64,000 nt of DNA from Parvularia atlantis (taxonomy: Eukaryota): positions 1-64,000 of the forward strand of contig CALSCO010000133.1 in the NCBI GenBank assembly GCA_943704415.1, written 5' to 3'. Position numbers and translations under genes: made by a program. This document shows positions 35,898 through 47,463 of the stretch, piece by piece. The stretch's first letter is position 1; every line of letters begins with the position of its first letter. Below the pieces are notes generated by a model that was not told the DNA's origin, did not search any database, and saw nothing but the letters and a program-made list of their open reading frames with translations.

Positions 35898-38800
35898 ATG
35901 GCGCCCAGAGGCAAGTCGCAGCCCAAGGCGCCCAAGGACTTTGCCAAGACGCGGCGCAAGGTCGGCAAGGCGCCCGCACACGCGGCCAATGCGACGCGCA
36001 CGACGTTCCGCTCGAAGGGTCTGCGATGGCCCCGCTCGACGCACCGCTGCTGCTGATCAGACGCACGATGCGCGATGCCAGCCATCGTCGTGCCCGACCA
36101 GGCCGCGCTCGCCGAGGACAAAGGCGCGGAGGAGACAAGCGCGCGCCACCTGACGCTGCGCGAGCTGCTGGGCCAGATGCGCCACTACAACGTGCACACG
36201 CGGCGCGGTGCGCGGCCCGACAACGCGTTGCGTGCACCGCTCACACACGCCAGCGCAGACGCCGTGCTCGGCCTGCGCGACCTGCTCGCGCGCCACGCGG
36301 GGCTGGCCGTGCGCCACCTGGCCGACGTGCTGAGCGGACTGCTGCCGCTCATGACGGACCTCGAGGGCGACGTGCGCCACGCGATGCTGCTCGCGGTGCA
36401 GGCGCTTCTGCCGCTGCTGCAGGAGGTGCGCGATTTTCGGGGCCAGCAGCGCCGCGGGAGACGTGATGCGTGCGCAGGACAATCTCGTCCCATTTGTGCC
36501 GCTGTTCAAAGTGTACTGCACGTCGGCGCTCACGCACGTCTCGGACGACGTCCGCCTGCACGCCGTCGCGACGCTCAACGCGTGGCTCGCCGCCTTTCCG
36601 CATGTGCTCGCGCGCGAGAGCCGCACGTTCCTCCCGCTATTCCTCTACTTGCTCACGGGCACGGCGGGTGGCGAGGGTGCGGCGTCCGGCAAGCTGCTCG
36701 CCGCGCCGTCCAAGCGCCTCGCCTCGGCAAAGGGGCGCATGACGATCCTCGCGAGCCTGTGCGCCTTCCTCGAGGCTGCCAGCGCGAGCGAGACCGACCC
36801 GTGAGCACAGCTCATGTCCCCCCCCCCCCCCCCCCCCCCGGTTGCTGCCTTGCTGACCTGTTGTGCCGCCGCAGACTCTGGTTTACGGGCCAGCGCGACC
36901 TCTTTGCGGCACCGGCCGTGCCCGACATCGCGCTGCAAGACTTTGCCTCGCTCGTCGTGCCGTCTGCGCCAGCCGTTGTGGCGAGCGATGTGACAGAGGA
37001 AGCGGCCGACTCGGTTGCGACGCCGGCCGGGCTCGAGGCACGTGGCCCCAATCGTAAGCGTTGTTTGGCGCGCTGACTGCTGTGGGGCATCAGGCGTTCC
37101 TGGCCAAGATCATGCCTGTGCTGCTCGACTGCTGGCTCGAGTATGCGCCGATGCTGTCGACGTCGGGAGCCCGCAGTGCGTGCCCTCCCGTGCTCGCCTC
37201 GCACGCTGGCTAACGCGTGCGCGTGCAGGCAAGGAGGGCCTGGCCAGCGTGCAGACGCTGAAGCAGACCGTGCGCGTGGTAAACCGGCTGTGGCGGCTGC
37301 GCGCGCAGCAGGCCATCGAGCATGCAGTGCGCAGCGCTTGCCCTTGTGGGCGCAAGCGGGCTCACGCGCGGTGCAGGATGCCGCGCTCCTGCTCACGCTC
37401 GACGAGTACGCGCGTGACGTCCTCAGGCACTTTATCCTGTACTTCCCGTTCGAGGCTGTCGGTGGCGTGGCGCGCTCGGGCGAGGTGCGCAGCTGCGCAT
37501 GCCGGGCGCCGTGCTGACGTGCACCGCGCCGCGCGCAGATGGCCGAGGCGCTCGCGGGCATGTCGACGGACTTTGCCGACACGCTGTCGCTCCTGCTGCT
37601 GAGCGACGCCGACGAAGCTGGCAGGAACGCGCCGCGCGTGCTGCTGCGTCGGCACGTGGTCGACCTGTTGTCGCGGCAGGTGCGCCTCCGCGTGCCGCCC
37701 GTCGCGCACCCACATCGGCGCAGCCTGTCGAGACGCAGGTGCTGGCCGTGTGCTGGCGGTTGCTGCGCTGGGTGCCGTGGACGGCGGGGAGCGCCGAGGT
37801 GCTGCGGGCCGTGGTCGACGCAGTGGGCCGCAGCCACGTGCACTCGCAGCAACGGCACCTGGGACTGCACTTTCTCGCGACGCTCTTCCTGGTGCGCGCG
37901 TTGTCGGCGCCGCGGTACAGGCCTAACGCGGCATGCGACAGAGCGCGCCGGGCCTGTTTGACGCGCCGAGCGTGTGGGACAGCGACGCGGCAGCGGGCGA
38001 GCTGCGGCGTCAGTTCTTTGCGGGCGTGCCACAGACGCTGTGGGAGCTGGGCACGCAGGACGCGCGAGCGAGCACGGTGACACCTTCGCCTTGCACGCCC
38101 AGGACGCGCTGACTGCCACGTGTGCGCCAGATGCTGCTGCACGCGCTCACGGCCGTCGTGAAGCAGGAGGTGGCTGTGCGCGAGGCCTCGCCGGTGCGCA
38201 GACGGCTGCAGCGGCCGTACGCCCGGCCTCACACCTCGGCGCAGACGCTCGCGCAGCTCCAGAAGGCCCTGATCCCGTTCTTCTCGGTGTGGGTCTCGTC
38301 GCAGCGCGTGCGCGGGCCGTTCTGCGCGCTGCCGAGCGCGGCCCAGCGCGCCGCGGCCGAGCTCGTGTTCTACCTGCCGCGGCTGTCGCTCGCGGTGCGT
38401 GCGGAGCGCACTGAGCACTTGCGGTCTGACGCGCGTGCGTGTGCAGCTCGCGCAGGCCATCTCGGGCGCGGTGCAGCACCCGACGGACGCGGCGAGCGCG
38501 TGTTACGTCCTGCATGTCGTCGCCCTGCGGCTTGCGCAGGTGCGCGCGGCCAGACACAGCGGCGCGTCTTTGACGCACACCGCGCAGGACAACAGCTTTG
38601 TCGACGGCGACCGCAGCGCAGCCGTCGCGTTCTACCTCTCGGCCGCCGTGGGCTACCAGATGTCAGAGCTGGCGGCAGTTGCGACGTCCGTGGTGTCGTC
38701 AGCACAGCCCGTGGTCGACTGCGCCTGGTCGGTCGTGGCTGCAGATGCGGCGCACGCCGCCCGCGAGGCCATCAGCAGGGTGCAATGCTGTTTGCGCGAC

Positions 38801-39386
38801 GCTGTTTGCGCGACGCTGTGTGCTCACGCGCGCACGCGGGCACAGGTCGTCGATGGCGCCAAGAAGCGCAAGCGCGAGGCCGCGCCCGTGCAGGCCGGCG
38901 CGTTCTGGGCAGCGCGGCTGGCCGTGCAGGAGGTAGCAGTGGCGACGCTCGCTACGCTGCTGCGGCGCCAGCGGCGGTCCGAGGTCGTCGAGATCGTGAG
39001 CGGCGTCTTCGAGTCGCTCGCGGTGTGTGCACAGAGCCACACGACCTGCCGCGCGAGCCTGACGTCGTGCGCGTACACACAGGGCCTCGCTATGCCGGCC
39101 GACGTGTTGGTAGCGTTGGCGCAGCTCTGCGCCGCGGTGCTGCCGGGGCTGCGGGAAGGCGAAGTGCGCTCTGCGGGCCTGGCCGTGCCGCTCGCCGGCC
39201 TGTGGCGCTCTCTGATCGCGACGGTGTGCGATGCAACCACCGGCGAGGTGCGCAACGCCTTTGCCCACGCGGGTGCGTGCGCTCACGCGTGCGCCGCAGC
39301 CGATCGAGCCACTGCGCCCCGCCCTGAACGCCTTTGTGGGCGCGTTTCCCTGGGTCAACGTGAGCATAGCCGTCGGCACCGTGTAA
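35898..39386 (+). CDS. TEX10: TEX10/Ipi1 (rixosome) pre-rRNA processing protein, heavily spliced
   Basis: KDFAKTRRKVGK...NATRTTFRSKAIVVPDQ, LRELLGQMRHYN...RRDAVLGLRDLL, SALTHVSDDVR, IMPVLLDCWLE; 3' end inferred. Confidence 0.88.
36817..36839. repeat. Poly-C homopolymer in a TEX10 intron
   Basis: Seen directly. Confidence 0.85.
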
Positions 39387-39393
39387 GAAAAGG

Positions 39394-40168
39394 TCAACTG
39401 CTCGCTGCCCCTTTGTCCTTGCCACCGTCTTTGCCGGCGCGGTCGCCGCCGGCCTCGTTGTCCCGGCCGCGGCCTTCCTCATCGTCGTTGTCGTTGTCGT
39501 CGTTGTCGTTGTCGTTGTCGTCATCCGCATCGCTGTCACCGCCCTTGGCCGCCTGCTTGCTGCCGTTCTCGTGTGCCCCGCTGTCCGCCTTCTGCTGGCT
39601 GCCGTTTGCGTGCGCCGCGCTGTCGCCGGCGGCGCTGGCGGAGCTCGCGGGCGCGGGCGCGGTTGCAACGCCGAGCGGCGGCAGCAGCTCCACGCGGCTC
39701 GAAATCTCGTCCCGCAGCCGCGCGACCTCGTCTTTGCTGCGCGCCTGGAGAGCGCGTGGCGCTGTGAGCGAGCGTGCGGACCGGGCGTCGCGGCGTGCCT
39801 TGAGAACGTAGATCTCAGACTTGTTGGCGCCGACGGTGACGATGCGCAACGACTTGTCGGCGATGAGCTCGCACGAGAGGCCGTTGAACAGGCGCGTGTT
39901 GAGGGCGAGACGCAGGCTGCCGTCGACGCGCATGACTGCGGGCCGCGTCTGTGAGCGCAGCGACAACAACAGCAGAGGGCGGGCAGTGCAACGCACGCAG
40001 ACGCAGCGCGCCCGTCTCAGCGTTCTCGTTCAGCTTGACCGTGCCCACGCCGCGCTCGCGCCAAACCTTGTCGGCCGGCTCGAGTTGGAACAGCTTGGCC
40101 TTGATCTGCGCGAGCGTCATCTCGCCCTCCTCGCCGGTCACGATCGCGACGTCGGTGGCGCCTGCGCC

Positions 40169-40221
<53 letters not shown>

Positions 40222-40871
40222 CCACGATCAGACGGCGCATCGGCGGCCGCACGCCCGGCACCCGCACCGCGCCAAACATGGTGGGCGCCGCGGGCAGCAC
40301 ATCCGCCGGCCTGCTCTCGAACGCCGTTGTGCCGCTCGACGCCAGCGCGCTGAACGACGGCAGGGCCGCCTTCGATGCCGATCCAAACGTGAGCGGCGGC
40401 GTCACCCCCGTCGCCGCCGCCGTCGTCGATGCCGCCGCGCTTGTCCCGCCCGCCAGCGTCGCAAACGTCGGCTTCGCGTAGGAGACGCCAAACTGTCGCC
40501 GCGCCGTGAGCGAGCGCCGTGAGCGAGCGCCGCATCCTGCGCACGTGACTCGCACCACAGACGGCGTGGCCGGCGCCGACCCGAACGGCGGCTGCGCGCG
40601 CGCGTCACGCGTCAGCCTCCCTCCCTCTGCGCGCGACGGGCGCACCGGCGTCGCGTGCCCCGCCTGCCCAACGAGGTCGGCGAAGGTCTTGGATCCGAAT
40701 CCCGAGCCGAAGGCGCCTGTGCTGCTCGCTGCCGTCTTCGGCGTTGTCGGCGGTGGCGGCGTCGACGGCGTCGCGGCCGCGTCGAGGCGCGCGCTGCGGC
40801 GCGTTCAGCGCGCGAGACGGAGAGAGAGGCGCGCGACAGCACCGTTTGGCCGGTGCGTCCCCACTGTCCAT
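39394..40871 (-). CDS. Ran-binding domain protein with FG-like repeats (RanBP3/Yrb2/Nup50-like)
   Basis: GAFGSGFGSKTF, FGVS, LTFGS; RanBD VTGEEGE...KAKLFQL...WRERGVGTVKLN...VMRVDGSLRLALN. Confidence 0.88.
40172..40216 (-). repeat. (CAG)15 at an intron 3' end of the RanBD gene
   Basis: (CTG)15 on the + strand. Confidence 0.9.
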
Positions 40872-40911
40872 TTCGACGATCGATTTGCAGCAAGTCGGGT
40901 GTACACGCTGA

Positions 40912-43383
40912 ATGGCTCAGTCGTTCCCTGCTGGGCTGTTGCGCGCGTCGCTGCTCGTGCGGCCGCTGCCGCTGCCGGCCGTGCACGGCGGGGCGGCGGG
41001 CGGCGGGGCGAAGCGCGCGGACGAGCGGATGCGTGAGGACGGCCGCGCAGCGGGCGATGCGGCGCCTGCCAAGAAGCTGCGCGTCGCGCCGGGGATCGAG
41101 CGATCGAGCAGCGGCGCGGACGAGGCGGCGCCGGCGCGGCCGGCCAAGCGCGCGCGGACGGCCGATCCGACGGCGACGGCAGCGGGCATCGTCAGCAAGC
41201 TGCTCGACACTGTGCACAAGGTGAGCGCTGTCGCCGTGCTCGTTGCCGACGGATTGCTGACACGACCGCGACCGCGACCGCGACCGCGACCGCGACCGAC
41301 GCAGTTCCGCGCCGCCGAGCGCGAGTTCTGGGAGCGGCAGCAGCAAGTGCGGGCGCTGGTGCCGAGCCGGCGGTGATGGGCGTGCTCACTCTCGCGCACG
41401 CAGCTCGAGGCCGCGTCCAAGCGCATGGGCGATCTGTGCACCGAGATCGAGATGCTCGCCGTCAAGCTGGGCCAGGCGCCGCAGCCGCAGCCGCAGCCGG
41501 CACCCGCCGCCTCGCCCGTTCCGGCAGCGAACGGCGCGCGGGGCGCAGGCGGCCGTGAGGCGTGGGCGATGGACGACGACGACGACGACGACGACGACGA
41601 GCGCAACGGCGCCGACGACCACGCCGATGCGGCGTCGTCGTCGCGCGGCCTCCTGCCTGACTCACCCGCGGCGACGGCGACGCTCGACCCGCGCCGCGAG
41701 TCGCCCGACAGGCCGCAGCGCGCGCGGCAACAGCATGACGGCTCGCCCTGGCCCGCGCGTGCGTCTTTCGCCGTGCAAGGCAGTCGGAATCTGCTGACAT
41801 CGCTCTGGCTTGCAGGGCTGTACCGGCCGGTCGAGCGGCCGTACATCGCCAGCACGTCGCTTGTGGGCGAGCTCGGCTCGGTGACGGTCGCGCAGGTGCT
41901 GCGCGTGCGCCCCGAGATCAAGCTCAAGAGCTTCAAGCGCAAGCCGCGCACAATCCTCGTGCACCCGTCTGACGACGAGCCGCTTGCGAGCCTGATCGTG
42001 AGCAGTGCACTGGACGGGCAGGTGCACCTCTGGTCGAACCGGAAGCGCGCGATCGTGTCGCAGTACTGCCCGTCAATCGAGGCCAAGTGGGTCGAGGTGG
42101 GCGCGTCCTGCGCTGCACAGGGCGCGGCTCAGTCGCGCGCACAGGACATGTGCTGGCTCGGCGGCGGCGCAGCCTTTGCGATGGCGCTCAACTGGGGCCT
42201 CGACAGCAAGGACGACCTGAGCAAGTGCAAAATGCAGCTGTCGGTGGCGGCGTTCTCGGTTGAGTCGAAGGAGGTGCGCGGCGAGCGCGCAATGCGACCT
42301 CCCCAAGCTTACCCGCTGCGAGCGCGCGCAGGATGACGTGAGGGTACGCGACTTCCCGCTCAAGTCCAAGCCGCACAGCGCGGCCGGCATCGCGTCGGTC
42401 TGCGAGGGGCCCGTGCGCGCGGGCCAGCTGACGTGCTTCACGGGCGGGCGCGACCACAAGATTGTGCGTGTGCATGCGTGTGTGCTCTGACGCTGACGCA
42501 GCGGCAGTTTCTGTGGAAGATACGGCCGGCCGCGGGCGCGCTCGACAGCTCGGTGCGCGTCGTCGCCTGCGCTGCCTCACTCGCTGACGCGGCGGCCGTG
42601 CAGGACCCGTGGGACACGCAGGTCGAGTCCGTGCGCGGCATGCACAGTAGCACGGTGCAGGCGCTGCTGTGCACGGACGACGGCGTGCTCGTCTCGGGCG
42701 GCGCCGACAAGCGCGTGCGTGCCGGCAGAGGGCAGTTCTGCACGGCTGACCGGGCGACGCAACACAGCTGTTCATGACCGACCTGGCGCGCAACGTGCAG
42801 CTGTTCCAGCACCGCTTCAGCGACCTCGTAAGCGCCGTCAGCGTCAACCCGGTGGACCAGCAGATGCTGCTCGTGACGACCACGGGCCAGACCAACCAGC
42901 TGAGCCTGTTTGACTGCCGCAACAACGCCTTTGTGCGCCAGTTTGGCTGGAAGGAGGTGCGGACCGAGATGCGCTGCCTGCTTGCCTGCGCGTCGCTGAC
43001 CGCTATGCGCTGTACAGTCGAAGAACATCTCAAGCTACGTCAAGCCGAGCTGGAGCCGCGACGGGCTGCTTATCGCCTGCCCGGGCGTGGACCGCGCGGC
43101 CGTGCAGCTGTGGGACGTGCGTTCCGTGCCCGCTGCTGCTGCCTCTGGCCCGCTCACACCCTGCGCGCGCGCATGCAGATCCGCTACTCGGACCTGTCGC
43201 GGCCGGTGCGCGCCGTGCCGCCACGCGTCCTGCGTCGCTGATGATTGCGCATCCGCGTCGCAGGCGCAGTCGCTCGAGATCGGCGAGGGCACAATCAACC
43301 ACGCCGTTTTTCACCCGCGCGAGGCGACGCTCCTGACCACGGCCGACCGCTCGTTGGCGTTCTCGTCGTACGACGTCCTGTGA
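40912..43383 (+). CDS. WD40-repeat protein with N-terminal coiled coil and acidic region
   Basis: SFKRKPRTILVHP, VSSALDGQVHLW, FTGGRDHKI, LVSGGADKR, VQLWD, INHAVFHP. Confidence 0.8.
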
Positions 43384-43424
43384 GCGCGATGTCAGCATGT
43401 CACTTGTGCTGACAGCCGGTGACG

Positions 43425-43799
43425 ATGTCGGAGCAACTGGTCTCGCTGTCGCCCGCCGCAAGCACGGCCGGCGCCAGCACCACGAAGGCGGCCGCGGGCG
43501 CCCGCGGGGTGCCCCTCAGCGACACGCCGCTCCAGCCAGAGGCGGCCAAGGCCGCGGCGACGCCCGACAAAGCCGATGCTGCCGCGTCACCGACGCGCGC
43601 CGCGGCCGCCGCCAAGCAGCGCACCGACATGGCCGAGCTGCTGCACGACCTCGATCCGCTCGCGGCGGATGCAGGTGCGGGCGGGAGCAGGGCGGGGGAT
43701 GCGGTGGCGGTGGCGGTGGCGCAGGACCGCGCAGACGGGGCCAATCAAACGATGCCGAAGCCCTCGTCATCGGACGACCTGAAGGACCTGCAGCTGTGA
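43425..43799 (+). CDS. Small low-complexity hypothetical protein
   Basis: MSEQLVSLSPAASTAG...AELLHDLDPLAADA...SSDDLKDLQL*; host codon usage; possible in-frame intron. Confidence 0.5.
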   Translation: MSEQLVSLSPAASTAGASTTKAAAGARGVPLSDTPLQPEAAKAAATPDKADAAASPTRAAAAAKQRTDMAELLHDLDPLAADAGAGGSRAGDAVAVAVAQDRADGANQTMPKPSSSDDLKDLQL

Positions 43800-43885
43800 C
43801 GGGGCGGCGGGCACCTTGTGTGCCAGTGTGTTTATGCTTCACGCTGTCGGCCGATGTTGTTGTACACGCAGCGCAGCGGGCTGTC

Positions 43886-45735
43886 TCACTCGACGAGGCA
43901 CGTGTTGAGGACCGCCAGCGTCCACAGGTGCAGCACCGCTAGGTAGACGAGCAGCACGATGCGCGCGAGCGAGTAGCGCCGCAGGATGTTGAGCACGCGC
44001 AGGCTGCGCCGCGCGGTGTCAGCAGCATGCGCGGCGCAGCCCTGGCGACGCACGTGAGGTAGTCGACCTTGCCGGCCGACGATCGAGCGGCGGCGGCTGC
44101 TGCGCGCGCCGACGCCGGTGCGGTCGCTGGCTGCAGGTGTGCGAGTGAAGCCGATCCGTCGCCACCCGCGCTGCGCGTTCGCCCGGCCGCAGCGCCCAAC
44201 CACGAGGGCCCGCGCTCGGCGAGCGACGCCGACGCGAGCTCGTAGTCGTTCGCGCTCTCCTCGTCGTCCGGATGCGGCCGCACAAGGTCCAGCAGCGTCT
44301 CCTCGTGCTTGCGCCGCTGCAGCGTCTGCCGCCGCGCGTGAGCACGGACGGCGGCTCGCAAGGCCGCGCACACCTTGCTGATCTCGCCCTCGAGCCGCAC
44401 GCGCAGCGACAGGTTGTCGCTCGTCAGCCGGTCGATGGCCGCCTGAATGCGCCGCGGCCGTCGGCGCTGCATGCGACAGGCACGAAACGCACCTGCTTCT
44501 CGGCAAGCGTCTGCTTGAGCGCGCTCAGCTGCGCCCAGACGCCGTCGTGCACCTCCGTCGGCTGCGGCTGCTGCGCGAGGCGCGCTCGCGTGCCCCGGCT
44601 CTGTTGGAGCGCCATGTAGTCGCTCTGGCGGGAGCAGTCAGTCTCGCAGGCGTGCGAATGCGTCGCAAGAGCACACCTGGGCGCGTGCCACCTCAACCGT
44701 CTTGAGCGCGATCTGCGACTCGAGCGCCGACAGCTGCCGCTGCAGCTCGCGCACGGCGCCCGCGTGGTCCTCGCTCATGCTCGCCATCTCCTCGCGCTGC
44801 CCGGTCAGGGCGCGGCGCTCGTCCAGCAGCTGGGCCTCGGTCTCGCGCAACTGCCGCCGGAGCGTGTCCTCGGTCGCCTCGGCCTGGCGCTCGAGCTCCT
44901 GCGCGTGCATCAACGACCATACACACGACGGCATGCACAGCGGCGCACCGCGAGCTGCCTCTGTAGCCGCTCAAGTGCGGCGTCGCGGTCGGCGAGTTGC
45001 GCAGATAGCGTGTCGCGTTCGTGCTGTACGAGACGCAGGGCGGTCCCGGGCGCTTCATCCTTGCCGCCAGCGCGCAGCCGTGCCAGCTCGCTCTGTAGCT
45101 CGCGGCTGAGCCGGTCGCGCTCGGCCAGCGCTGCCTCGGCGCGCCCCTGCTGCGTCGCCAGATCGTCGAGCGCCTGCTGGTGCGCGCGCTGCGCTCGCCG
45201 CAGATCTGCATTGAGTGCCTCCGTCGTCTGCGCGTGGTCACGGCGCTGGCGCTGCTGGTCCTCCTCGAGCTCGACGATGCGCGCCCGCAGCCGGCGCAGT
45301 TCGCCCTGCAGCGCCAGCCGCTCCTGCCGCCGAAGCTGTGTCAGTTGTGCGGACGACGAGCGCGGTGCACGTGGTGCACCCGATCAAACTCGGCGCGCGC
45401 GTCGTCCAGCACAGGCGAGGCGCCGCCCACTCCCGCGACGCGCGGCTCTCGCCCGAGCTCGTCATTTTCGCGCTGCAGCCGGTCGCGCTCGGCCTGCAGC
45501 TGCGTCACCAGCACGCCGAGCTGGTCGCGCTGGCCCTGCGCCTTGCGCAGCGCGGCCTTGGTCTCGCTCCACCCGTCCGAGGCCTGCGCGAGCTGCTCCT
45601 CGAGCTGCCTGTTGCGCAGACGGAACGATCGGATCTCGTCCTGCAGCGTCTTGACCTCCTGCACGAGCCTGGCGCGCTCGTCAGCGGCGCCCATCGAGCG
45701 CCATCGGGCGCGTCACGCACAGCTCGTGGTTCTCT

Positions 45736-45792
<57 letters not shown>

Positions 45793-46094
45793 ATCGGTGC
45801 TGCGCGCGGCCGCACGACGGCGACAACAGCAACGGGGCTCGATGGCACGGCCGGCGGCGGCGGCAGCGGCGCGGCGACCGGCGGCATCGGATGCGGCGCC
45901 GTGTCACCGTCGACGTGGCCGTTGCGGCCGTCGGGCGGCGAGCGTGGCGCGCGCGGCTGAGCGGCGGCAGCGTGCGGCGCGCGATCGGGGCCGTCGTCGC
46001 CCGCCGCCAGCGACGCCGCGGTCTTGGCCGCGGTCTGGTCGACCTGCTCAAGGAACGCCTCGCCGCGGCGCGCGATTTCGCTCAAGAAGTCCAT
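43886..46094 (-). CDS. GOLGA5: Golgin-84 (GOLGA5)-like coiled-coil tail-anchored Golgi protein
   Basis: N-terminus MDFLSEIARRGEAFLEQVDQTAA; long coiled coil; C-terminal LRRYSLARIVLLVYLAVLHLW. Confidence 0.85.
45738..45791 (-). repeat. (CAG)18 polyQ in golgin-84
   Basis: (CTG)18 on the + strand. Confidence 0.9.
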
Positions 46095-46149
46095 GAAACT
46101 AGGTACGTCACGATCATAATGCAAGGGAGAAGACTGACATACAAAGCAA

Positions 46150-47439
46150 CTAGCACGTCCACAGCTCGTTGATCCACTCTGCGTGCGCAGGCGCGTGCGT
46201 GTCAGCCTGGGCCGGGCCATGCGCTCGCAGAGGGCGCGAGACGCACCCGGGTGGTCAATGAACGGATTGCGGTTGCCCTGGTAGTACCAGACAACCGTGT
46301 TGCGCGACTTCTCGAACGACGACACCTGCACGCGCACACCGCAGGGAATGTTATCAGAGCGCTGCAGACGCAGGTGCGGGCGCGGGCGCAGGCGCGGGCG
46401 CACCGGGTCCTCGTTGTGCCAGGCAAGCAGCGTGCACAGCAGGCCCAGGTGCGGCTCGCCCGACTCGGTCACGCGGTCGAGCAGCTCGAGGCCGTACGAC
46501 GTGCTGCCGTAGCGGACCTCGAGGTAGAAGACCATGCGCGCGACGTCGCCGCGGTGGAACGCCGGCACGTCAAACGTCGTGCTCGTCTCATAGTTGACGA
46601 CGTCGCAGCCGCCGCCCACCACCGCGCCGTACGGCAGCAGGCACACGGCCGTGCCACCCTCGGCAAAGTCTTTGTTGCTGCGCTTGTTGTTGACGCGCTT
46701 CTCGGCCGCACGCAGGTGGTGCGCGTCGCAGTACGGCAAGTCGCTCTCGTTCGGGAAGCCGTGGCTGCGACGCGGGCGCGGTTAGCGGTGCGGCTCCACC
46801 TGTGCTGCACCACACCTCTTCGGCCACACTGCACATGCGCACGCGTGCCGGGATGTCAGCGCAGCCAGCGAAAGCGCGTGCGAACGGCAGCGCACCGTGC
46901 TCGCGGTTCCAGCCCGTCGTGCTCGAGCCCGTGTCGCGCAGCGCCTGCAGCCGTCAGCTTTCGTAGAAATGCGTGCGTGTGCGCGTGCCTTGGGCCACGA
47001 CTCGTCCGTGTACAGCAGGCGCACGTTGCTGCTGTTGGTCGGGTCCTGATCAGCGTCCTCGAGCACCGTCCAGATGCACGAGTACGACAGGTCAATGAAC
47101 CCTTTTTCACACGCGCGTCACGCCGCCGCTCAGCCCCACCGTGCCCCGCCATACGTGCGCACGCCGCGCGCACCCTCTGCCGTAATCGCCTCGAGCGCGC
47201 GGCGCAGCTCGGTCTGGCTGCCGGCGGCCTGCGCGGCGCGGTAGAACGACGTGTCATCGAAGACCGGCAGCGGCGACGGCTTGGAGCAGGCCGAGCCGTT
47301 GACCTTCTGCTGCGCCGTGCACCGAAGGATGAGCGCGCCGTTCACGAGCGCGAAGGACGCGCACCGCCGGGACGTGCTGCGCCGCAGCGGCCGCCGCCAA
47401 CGAGAGCAGCACGACGAGGCACGTGCCCAGGACCACCAT
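46150..47439 (-). CDS. Secreted endonuclease I family nuclease (Bacillus Bsn-like), spliced
   Basis: Signal peptide; LEDADQDPTNSSNVRLLYT, WNREH, DAHHLRAA...NNKRSNKDF, RGDVARMVFYLEVRY, LLAWHNEDPV..FEKSRN, QGNRNPFIDHPEW. Confidence 0.9.
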
Positions 47440-47463
47440 GATTAGACACAACCGCCTCACATC

